35,283 nucleotides of DNA from an uncultured Collinsella sp. (GTDB lineage: Bacteria > Actinomycetota > Coriobacteriia > Coriobacteriales > Coriobacteriaceae). Numbering within the stretch: position 1 is the stretch's first letter; each line of letters starts with the position of its first letter. The stretch lies in the NCBI GenBank assembly GCA_900762405.1, contig CAAFGI010000068.1, positions 1-35,283 on the forward strand. The letters run 5' to 3'. Both the position numbers and the translations under genes were made by a program. Under the pieces are notes generated by a model. The model made no database searches and was not told the origin of the DNA. It worked only from the letters and a program-made list of their open reading frames with translations. Below are positions 18,340 to 26,224 of the stretch, piece after piece.

Positions 18340-19167
18340 CTACTCGCCGAGCTTGGGATGCAGCAGCGACGGCGCAGCGCCGAGCAGCATCTTGGTGTAG
18401 GGGTCCTGAGGATGCTGGAAGACCTGCTTGGCCTCGCCATGCTCGACGATCTTGCCGCCATTCATAACGATGATGTCGTCAGAGATATAGCGGACCGTCT
18501 GGATGTCATGGCTGATGAACACCATGGCCAGGCCGAGCTCCTTCTTAAGGTCGGTCAGCAGGTTCAGAATCTGCGCGCGGACCGAAACGTCCAGAGCCGA
18601 GGTGGGCTCGTCGGCGATGATGGCATCGGGGTTCAGCGACAGGGCACGGGCAATTGCGACGCGCTGGCGCTGGCCGCCCGAAAGCTGGCCGGGAAGAACC
18701 TCGGCGGCGGAGCTGGGCAGACCGGTGAGCTCCAAGAGCTCCTTGACGCGCTTCTCCTGCTCGGCCTCGGTACCCAGGTTGTGGACGCGCATGGGGTCGA
18801 GCAGTTGCTCGCGAACGACCATGCGGGGGTTGAGCGCCGTGGCCGGGTTCTGGAACACGACCGAGATGACGCGACCCATGTGGCGACGGTCCTCGGCGGT
18901 ACGCTTGGTAACGTCCTTGCCCTTAAAGTAGACCTTGCCGCTCGTGGGGGCCTGCAGGCCGCACATGACGTTGGCGGTGGTGGACTTTCCGCAACCGGAC
19001 TCGCCGACGATGCCGATGGTCTGTCCGGGCATGAGCTTAATCGTTACACCCTGGACGGCGTGAACCAGGTTGGGGTGCAGAATCGAGCCGGTACGGGTCC
19101 TAAAGGTGACGTGGACGTCATCAAGGAAGATGATCGGCTCGACGCCGTTGACTGCGGTCTCGCTCAT
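18340..19167 (-). CDS. ABC transporter ATP-binding subunit (SatD/SiaI-like, sialic acid uptake)
   Basis: GESGCGKS, LSGGQRQR, IADEPTSALD; nan operon context. Confidence 0.85.
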   Translation of the reverse strand: MSETAVNGVEPIIFLDDVHVTFRTRTGSILHPNLVHAVQGVTIKLMPGQTIGIVGESGCGKSTTANVMCGLQAPTSGKVYFKGKDVTKRTAEDRRHMGRVISVVFQNPATALNPRMVVREQLLDPMRVHNLGTEAEQEKRVKELLELTGLPSSAAEVLPGQLSGGQRQRVAIARALSLNPDAIIADEPTSALDVSVRAQILNLLTDLKKELGLAMVFISHDIQTVRYISDDIIVMNGGKIVEHGEAKQVFQHPQDPYTKMLLGAAPSLLHPKLGE

Positions 19168-21183
19168 CTACATCACCTCCGCGTGAGGGGTCAAACCATT
19201 TGCCTTGAGCACCTCGTCGGGGAGCTCGGAATAGAAGTGCTCGGTGCCGGGCACGCGCTTGAAGACCGGACGGGTGTCCAGGCCAATGCGCGGATGGCTC
19301 GAGCGGGGCGCGAAGCGATCGCCCTTGGGGAAATCGCGCGGGCTCGGAACGGCGCCGGGCACCTGGTGCAGGCGGCCCGAACCGCTCTCGATGGACAGGA
19401 CGGAACCCAGAAGGCCGCGGGTGTACTCGTGAATCGGGTTGGTGAGCAGCTCCTTGGTGGGCGCCTGCTCGATAACCTGGCCGGCGTACATAACCGTGAT
19501 GTTATGAGCGACCTCGGCGACCAGTGCCAGGTCGTGCGAAACGAAGATCATGGCAAAGCCGAGCTTGGCCTGAAGGTCGTTAAGCAGCTTGATGACCTGC
19601 TTCTGGACGGTAACGTCCAGAGCGGTCGTGGGCTCGTCGCAGATGACCAGCTTGGGGTCGCGGGTAAGGGCCATAGCGATCAGAACGCGCTGACGCTGAC
19701 CACCGGAAAGCTCATGCGGATAGCTCTCGAGCGTACGCTTGGGGTCGAGGCCCACGAGCTCCAGGAGCTCCTCGGCGCTACGGGTGCCGCCGCGCTTGGT
19801 GAGCTGCTTCATCTGGGCGGAAATGAGCATGGAGGGGTTGAGCGAGGACAGGGCGTCCTGATAGACCATGGCGATATCGGTACCGCGCAGGCCGAACCAC
19901 TCCTTCTTGCTCATCTTGAGCAGATCGCGGCCCTCCCAGAGAACCTCACCGGAAAGATGCTCGTCATCGTCGGTCAGGCCCATGATGGCCAGCGTGGTGA
20001 TGGACTTACCGCAGCCGGACTCACCTACCAGGCCCATGGTCTGGCCGGGACGGACATCAAAGTTGACATGATCGACGACGTTGATGTCACCGTGGTGCTC
20101 AAACTGGATGCAGAAATCGCGGACCGAAAGGATCGGCTCAACGGACTCATCGGGCACATGGCGGTCGTTACGCTTGAGTTCGACATCACGCAGAGCGCCA
20201 AGACGGGCGGACAGGGACTGAGCCTGCTCCTTGTAGGCGCGAACGGGGTCGGAGACCAGCAGGTCGGCCTCGCGGCGCTTGGAGGAGTCGGTCGGATCCA
20301 GGGCGGCGGAGGGAGCAGCGGCCATGGCGTCGGTAATGCCCTCGGAGAGGATGTTGAGCGCCAGGCAGGTGATCATGATGGCCAGGCCCGGGAACAGCGC
20401 CTGCCACCAACGGCCAGCGAGCACGCCACCGCGAGCATCGGCGAGGATGTTGCCCCAGGTAGCGGTAGGCTCCTGAATGCCAGCGCCGATAAAGGTCAGC
20501 GAGGCCTCGAAGATGATGGCGTCGGCGACCAGAGTAACGGTGAAGACCATGATCGGGGCGATGCAGTTACGCAGAACATGCTTGATCAAAATCCACGGAG
20601 CCTTAGCGCCGGAAACGATGACCGCGCGGACATAGTCCTCGCCGTACTCGGACACGATGTTGGCGCGCACGATACGGGCAATCTGCGGAGTGTACATAAA
20701 GCCGATGGCGAAGATGATCGACGGCACGGAATTGCCCAGGATGGAGACGAAGACGGCAGCGAGGGCGATGCCCGGGATGGACATGATGATGTCCAGGATG
20801 CGCATGATCGCCTCGGAAACGGACTTGCGCGAAACCGCCGCGAGGGCGCCCACGACCGAGCCGCAGACCAGAGCCATGGCAGTGGCGCCAAAGCCGATGA
20901 TCAGCGAGTAACGGCCACCGTAAAGCATACGCGACAGGATGTCGCGGCCTTTATCGTCGGTGCCGAAGATAAATCCATTGCCGGGAGCCTGGCGAGCAGT
21001 GAAAATCTCGACCGGGCTATAGGGGGCAAGAAGGGGCGCCAGAATCGCGGTCAGGGCGACCAACACCAGCACGACGGCGGCAATCTTAGAAGACAGCGTC
21101 ATCTTCTTCCAGCCACCGAGCTTGAGCCCCTTGGAGGCAGCTTTCTCGAGCTGCTCGGTTTGCTTCTCTCGAATCTTTACCAT
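19168..21183 (-). CDS. Fused permease + ATPase ABC subunit (SatC/SiaG-like)
   Basis: N-terminal OppC-type permease (FGTDDKGRD) fused in frame to an ATPase (GESGCGKS, LSGGQRQR). Confidence 0.87.
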   Translation of the reverse strand: MVKIREKQTEQLEKAASKGLKLGGWKKMTLSSKIAAVVLVLVALTAILAPLLAPYSPVEIFTARQAPGNGFIFGTDDKGRDILSRMLYGGRYSLIIGFGATAMALVCGSVVGALAAVSRKSVSEAIMRILDIIMSIPGIALAAVFVSILGNSVPSIIFAIGFMYTPQIARIVRANIVSEYGEDYVRAVIVSGAKAPWILIKHVLRNCIAPIMVFTVTLVADAIIFEASLTFIGAGIQEPTATWGNILADARGGVLAGRWWQALFPGLAIMITCLALNILSEGITDAMAAAPSAALDPTDSSKRREADLLVSDPVRAYKEQAQSLSARLGALRDVELKRNDRHVPDESVEPILSVRDFCIQFEHHGDINVVDHVNFDVRPGQTMGLVGESGCGKSITTLAIMGLTDDDEHLSGEVLWEGRDLLKMSKKEWFGLRGTDIAMVYQDALSSLNPSMLISAQMKQLTKRGGTRSAEELLELVGLDPKRTLESYPHELSGGQRQRVLIAMALTRDPKLVICDEPTTALDVTVQKQVIKLLNDLQAKLGFAMIFVSHDLALVAEVAHNITVMYAGQVIEQAPTKELLTNPIHEYTRGLLGSVLSIESGSGRLHQVPGAVPSPRDFPKGDRFAPRSSHPRIGLDTRPVFKRVPGTEHFYSELPDEVLKANGLTPHAEVM

Positions 21184-21186
21184 AAT

Positions 21187-22143
21187 CTACACCGTCCTGA
21201 TGCGCGGGTTGATGAGCAGGTAGAGCATGTCAACCACGATGTTGATGATGATGAAGGCAAGAGCAACGACGATGACGACGCCCTGAACCAGGTTCGCCTC
21301 GTTGCCCTGAACGCCCTGCAGAATCGCAGTGCCCATGCCGGGGAGGTTGAAGATGACCTCGATGACGACGGCGCCGCCCATAAGGTAGCCGATCTTAAGA
21401 CCGAGGGTGGTGACCGGGGTAATCAGCGCGTTGCGCAAAACGTTGATGCCGACGACGACCTTCTCGGGAACGCCGGCGCCACGGGCCATGCGGACATAGT
21501 CCTTATCGAGCTCCTCGACCATGGCCGTACGCACGATACGAGTCATCTGACCCGTCAGCGGGAATGCCAGGGCGATGGCGGGCATGATCATACGTCCCAG
21601 ATAGCCAGCCGGGTTGGTGGTGAAGTGAGGCAGAGCACCGGACGCCGGGAGCACCTTAAGGTAGGAAGAGAACAGCAGGATCAACAGAACGGCAAGCCAG
21701 AACGACGGGGTTGCCAGGCCGGCGATGGAAAAGACGCGGATCACTTGGTCCGGCCATTTGTCGCGGTACAGTGCCGCGATGACGCCGAGCAAAAACGAGA
21801 CGACCGCGCCGATGGCAAGACCGATGAAGGTCAGCTGCATCGTGACGGGCAGGGCCGTGGAGATGCGCTTGGCAACGGAGTTGCGAGCAGCACCATAGGT
21901 GCCCATGTCGCCATGGATCAAATCGCCCATGTAGCGCACGTAGCGCACGGGCCAGGGGTCGTCCAGACCATACTTCTCATGGTACTCGGCAACCGCCTCG
22001 GGCGAGGCACCGTCACCCAACGCCGTATAGGCGGGGTCGGTCTTGGAGAACGACATAAGGAAGAACACCAGGACGGTGACGCCCAATGCCATGATCGGCA
22101 GCGCCACGAGACGCCTTCCAATCAAACGTAGAAAGTTGTTCAC
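21187..22143 (-). CDS. ABC transporter permease (SatB/SiaF-like)
   Basis: OppB-type motifs GDMGTY, DYVRMARGAG, FNLPGMG, NPRIR; GTG start after a purine-rich RBS. Confidence 0.87.
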   Translation of the reverse strand: MNNFLRLIGRRLVALPIMALGVTVLVFFLMSFSKTDPAYTALGDGASPEAVAEYHEKYGLDDPWPVRYVRYMGDLIHGDMGTYGAARNSVAKRISTALPVTMQLTFIGLAIGAVVSFLLGVIAALYRDKWPDQVIRVFSIAGLATPSFWLAVLLILLFSSYLKVLPASGALPHFTTNPAGYLGRMIMPAIALAFPLTGQMTRIVRTAMVEELDKDYVRMARGAGVPEKVVVGINVLRNALITPVTTLGLKIGYLMGGAVVIEVIFNLPGMGTAILQGVQGNEANLVQGVVIVVALAFIIINIVVDMLYLLINPRIRTV

Positions 22144-22204
22144 GTTCTCTCCCCTTTCTTTTGTCGGTAGGACCAACTGGTATATGAGTATGGATACTCA
22201 TTAC

Positions 22205-22238
22205 AAGACCCGAGCGACATCGAGGTCGCCCGGGTCTT
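22205..22238 (-). terminator. Intercistronic stem-loop after the nan substrate-binding protein gene
   Basis: AAGACCCGGGCGAC...GTCGCTCGGGTCTT 14-bp stem on the minus strand; weak U-tract. Confidence 0.55.
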
Positions 22239-22298
22239 TGTTTCAACTATGAGGACGTTGCCTTACGACCGACGCCCCACATATGACTCAAGCGAGTC

Positions 22299-23912
22299 TT
22301 AGGCCTTGACGGTCGCGACGCCCCTGAAGGACATGCTCGTCGTGCCGATGCCCTTGAAGCCATCGAGGGCCTCGCCGTTGGGCGCGGTGGACGGATCGTC
22401 CCAGGAAGCGGAAACGGTCTTGACGTGGACAACGGGGTACAGAACAGCGTTGTCGGCGATGATGTCGAAGCACTCGTTCCACTTCTTCTGCTGCTCGTCG
22501 CCCTCGGCGGCAAGAGCCTCGTCCATGAGACCGTGGAGCTTCGCCCACTCAGCGGAATCCTTCCACGGGCAACGGGTCTGCATCCAGACGTTGTCGCCAT
22601 ACCACCAGTTGAGCAGCAGGTCGGGGTCGGCGCCGAAGCAGGACGGATCGCCAGGAGCGAGAAGGATATCGTAGGCCTCGCCGCCGTCGATGGCAGCGTA
22701 GGTGGCCGGCGAGGTATCGGTCTGGATGGTCACATCGAAGCCGAGGGCGTCGAGGTCGTTCTTGACCTGAGCGGCCATGCCCTTGATCTGCTCGTTGTCG
22801 GTGGTGCGCAGGGTGATGGCGCCCGGGGTGATGCCAGACTCTTCGATGAGCTTCTTGGCCTTCTTGGCGTCAGTCTTGTACACCGTGGAAGCCTCATGAT
22901 AGTTGGTGAAGCTCTTGGGCAGGTAGCAGCTGGCAGCGGTGGCAAGGCCGGCGAAGGTGTTGGTGATCATCTTCTCGGTGTCGAGCGCGTACATGACGGC
23001 CTGACGGACCTTGACGTTGTTCCAAGGCTCCTTGGCGACGTTGAACATGATGAAGCGGGTGCCGAAGCCCTGGACGTTGTCGATCTTGCAGCCAGCGCTC
23101 TCGAGCTGGTCGACGGCGTCAGCGGTGACGAGCTCCATAACGAGCGTGGAGCCCTCCTGCTGAGCGGTAACGCGAGCGGTGGGGTCGGTCAGGATGCTGT
23201 ACTGGATCTTCTTATCCTCGGCAGCATACTCACCGTTGTACTCGGGGTTGGGAACCAGGGTGATCTCGGTATCGGAGATAGAGTCGTACATCCAGGGGCC
23301 GGAGCCGATCGGCTGCTTGGCGCGATCCTCCTCGGCCTGGGTGGCCGGGGTAACACGGATGATGGCCAGACGATCCTTAAGCAGGGAGAAGTTGGGGACC
23401 TTGGTCTTGACCGTTACAGTGCTGGCGTCCTTGGCCTCGATGGACTCGAAGGGCTGGAAGAACGGAGCATAGGTAGCGGAAGCGGCGCAAGCGGTGTAGG
23501 AAGCGACGACGTCGTCAGCGGTGACCTCGGTACCATCGGAGAACTTGGCACCCTTGCGGATGGTGACCTCGAAGGTAGTGTCGTCCACGGACTTGGGATC
23601 GTCGGTGGCGAGCTCGTTGAAGGTGCTGTAGTCGTGGTAATCGATGCCGTAGAGGCCCTCGATGACGTGCCAGTTAGCACCCAGGCCCACAGCAGAGCCG
23701 GTGCTGGCGGGGTCGAAGCTGGACGGAGCGTAAGCGGAACCAGCGGTGATCACGCCGCCGCCACGGTTGGCGGAATCGGTGGAACCGGAAGCGGAACCTT
23801 CGTCGCTAGAGCTGCCACCGCAGCCAGTGAGACCAAGCCCTGCGACAGCAGCGACGCTGCCGGTGAGGCCGAGGAACGAACGCCTGGACATACCCTTGTT
23901 GATGATGGCCAT
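22299..23912 (-). CDS. Family-5 substrate-binding lipoprotein (SatA/SiaE-like, sialic acid)
   Basis: SRRSFL twin-arginine motif plus lipobox LTGC; KFSDG, IGSGPW; first gene of the nan operon; RBS AGGAG. Confidence 0.82.
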   Translation of the reverse strand: MAIINKGMSRRSFLGLTGSVAAVAGLGLTGCGGSSSDEGSASGSTDSANRGGGVITAGSAYAPSSFDPASTGSAVGLGANWHVIEGLYGIDYHDYSTFNELATDDPKSVDDTTFEVTIRKGAKFSDGTEVTADDVVASYTACAASATYAPFFQPFESIEAKDASTVTVKTKVPNFSLLKDRLAIIRVTPATQAEEDRAKQPIGSGPWMYDSISDTEITLVPNPEYNGEYAAEDKKIQYSILTDPTARVTAQQEGSTLVMELVTADAVDQLESAGCKIDNVQGFGTRFIMFNVAKEPWNNVKVRQAVMYALDTEKMITNTFAGLATAASCYLPKSFTNYHEASTVYKTDAKKAKKLIEESGITPGAITLRTTDNEQIKGMAAQVKNDLDALGFDVTIQTDTSPATYAAIDGGEAYDILLAPGDPSCFGADPDLLLNWWYGDNVWMQTRCPWKDSAEWAKLHGLMDEALAAEGDEQQKKWNECFDIIADNAVLYPVVHVKTVSASWDDPSTAPNGEALDGFKGIGTTSMSFRGVATVKA

Positions 23913-24277
23913 GTCTTCTCCTATCAATAGAGAATCTTACCCGGGAGCACCTAGACTTGCCCCCGCGCAACTTGCGGACGATATATACCTTACCTACCGA
24001 CGAACCCAACTGAGGTGCCGCGCTCGGCGACCGATACATACATACGCTTGAACGGTATTTACTACCGTTCACCGAATTCATTGACAAATGATTCGACAGA
24101 CAGTATGTATCGACGAGGTGAGATATCAGTCTTCGTCAACCCGCAGGATAGCAGTGTTGTTCACCATGGCTAGTCAAACGTTTTAGCGTTAATAAAACCC
24201 GAAATCGGCAGGTAATCACCGCGAAACAAATGATTGAAAATTGACCAATCATGTATATCAGTTGTTTAGAAGCGCGT
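23913..24277. promoter_or_regulatory. Upstream control region of the nan operon
   Basis: Relatively AT-rich 365-bp gap with IR TGAACGGTA-N5-TACCGTTCA (24049-24071) and repeated CGATAYATAC. Confidence 0.5.
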
Positions 24278-26224
24278 TTAGTTTTCGGATCGGTTGGCCG
24301 ATGCCTGGGCGCGCTCGGCATTCCATGCAACAAGTGCCTCGTGGACCGCTTTGGCGACATCGGCCGGAACGCCTCGAACTTCTGCAATCTCCTGCTCGCT
24401 TGCTGCGCGCAAACGCTTCATCGAGCCAAAATGGCGCATAATGGCACGTTTTCTGGTGGGTCCCACGCCCGGAACGTCGTCAAGCACCGAAACCGTCATA
24501 GCCTTATCGCGCAACTCGCGGTGGAAGGTAATCGCAAATCGGTGGGATTCATCGCGAACCTGCTTGATCAGATAAAGCGAAGCGGAGCCGGTCGGCAGCA
24601 CGACGGGAGTCTCGTCCCACGGCACGAAAACCTCCTCATCGGCCTTTGCCAAGCCACAAACTGGTATATCGAGACCGAGTGCCTCGAGTTGCTTAATTGC
24701 AGCGGTCAATTGCGGCTTGCCGCCATCGACTACGAGCAAATCGGGGCGCGAGCCAAAGCGCTCGTCCGCCATGCGCTCGGGAGCATAGCGACGCCCCAGA
24801 ACCTCGGACATCGATACGAAGTCGTTCGCCTCGTCCAATTCGGCCTGAATTTTAAAGCGACGATACTGGCCCTTGTCGGCACGGCCGTTGGTAAATACCA
24901 CCATCGAAGCGACGGTAAAGGTGCCGTGCAGCGTCGAGATATCGAAGCACTCGATGCGCAACGGCGGCGCAGGCAGCGCCAGCGCGCTTTCGAGCTCCAG
25001 GAGCGCCTGATTGGTGCGATCATCAGCATACCCCGTGCGCATCATGTAGCGCATGAGGGCATGGCGCGCATTTTTGGAAGCCATATCGAGCAGGCGGTGC
25101 TTTTCGCCGCGCTGTGGCCTATGGAGATGGCAAGAGCGTTCGCGCTTGCCCGCAAGCCACTCCCCCAACGCTTCGGCATCCTCAAGCTCGACAGAAAGAT
25201 TGATCTCGGCTGGAATATCAGCCGTCTCGTCGTAATAGCGCTTAAGAAAGCCCGATTGAAGCTCTTCCTCGTCGACATCCAGGCCCTTATCGAGGATGAA
25301 CTCACAAGTTCGAACCGTTCGGCCCTCGCGAACGACAAAGACACAGGCGGCAGAGATAGTCTCTTCGCGATAGAAGCCGATGACGTCGATATCGACGCTT
25401 GATGGAAAAACGACCTGTTGGCGATCGTCCAGGCCCCTAATGACTTCCAGGCGACGCTTGACGCGCGCCGCACGCTCAAAATCGAGCGTCTCGGCTGCCT
25501 CCGTCATCTCGGACGTGAGCTCGTCGACGACATCCTTGCGATGGCCCGACAAGAAACGTTCGACACGCTTGACGTTCTTGGCATAGTCGGCAGGCGAAAT
25601 CGCGCCGACGCATGCGCCCGGCCCGCGCCCGACATGGTAGTCAAAGCAGGGACGCCCGTTTTGCGCGCAAATCATATTGACGATGTCTTCTTCGCCCTTA
25701 TGAGATTCGACGATGCGGCGGCAGCGGCGCCATTCCGCACAGGATGCCGAGCAAATAGGAATAACCTTGCGTAGCGTATCGATGGTCTCACGCGCCGCAC
25801 GGCTATCGGTATAGGGGCCAAAATAGCGCGTTCCCGGTTTATGACGCTCTCGCGTGTATTTAATAGCCGGAAACAAGTCGCTCTTGGTAATGGCGATAAA
25901 GGGATAGCTTTTATCGTCTTTGAGATCGACGTTAAAGTACGGATGGTACTGGCCAATCAGATTGCGCTCGAGCACCAATGCCTCGTGCTCGGTCTCCACC
26001 ACGATATAGTCGAAGCTCGCCACCAGCTGCATCATGAGCGGAATCTTTTGACGCTCGTCCTGCAGCGTCACGTATTGACGCATACGGGCACGCAAGTTTT
26101 TTGCCTTGCCCACATAGACGACATCGCCCTTGGCATCTTTCCAAAGGTAGCAGCCGGGTTGCGTGGGAACGCGCGAAACCTGTTCGGCAAGTGTTGGAAT
26201 GTTGTCGTGACCTGCCACACGCAC
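24278..26224 (-). CDS. uvrC: Excinuclease ABC subunit C
   Basis: GIY-YIG (YVGKAKNLR), YFGPY, ECFDIS, VDGGKPQL, RDESHRFA, HhH (PGVGPTR). GTG start at 26224 or 26218. Confidence 0.96.
   Translation of the reverse strand: MRVAGHDNIPTLAEQVSRVPTQPGCYLWKDAKGDVVYVGKAKNLRARMRQYVTLQDERQKIPLMMQLVASFDYIVVETEHEALVLERNLIGQYHPYFNVDLKDDKSYPFIAITKSDLFPAIKYTRERHKPGTRYFGPYTDSRAARETIDTLRKVIPICSASCAEWRRCRRIVESHKGEEDIVNMICAQNGRPCFDYHVGRGPGACVGAISPADYAKNVKRVERFLSGHRKDVVDELTSEMTEAAETLDFERAARVKRRLEVIRGLDDRQQVVFPSSVDIDVIGFYREETISAACVFVVREGRTVRTCEFILDKGLDVDEEELQSGFLKRYYDETADIPAEINLSVELEDAEALGEWLAGKRERSCHLHRPQRGEKHRLLDMASKNARHALMRYMMRTGYADDRTNQALLELESALALPAPPLRIECFDISTLHGTFTVASMVVFTNGRADKGQYRRFKIQAELDEANDFVSMSEVLGRRYAPERMADERFGSRPDLLVVDGGKPQLTAAIKQLEALGLDIPVCGLAKADEEVFVPWDETPVVLPTGSASLYLIKQVRDESHRFAITFHRELRDKAMTVSVLDDVPGVGPTRKRAIMRHFGSMKRLRAASEQEIAEVRGVPADVAKAVHEALVAWNAERAQASANRSEN

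Noticed and set aside
19168..21183. Permease-ATPase fusion as a novelty or frameshift artefact
   Set aside because: This fusion is the known architecture of SatC/SiaG-type sialic-acid ABC transporters.
18253..22131. 1292-aa plus-strand ORF and other long antisense ORFs (e.g. 4300-5967, 6617-8350, 11993-14143, 26894-28510)
   Set aside because: They mirror well-supported minus-strand genes and have no recognisable motifs. Such shadow frames are expected from GC-rich codon bias.
24166..24186. Tiny plus-strand ORF MASQTF as a leader peptide or regulator remnant
   Set aside because: It is too short, its RBS spacing is poor, and nothing else supports it.
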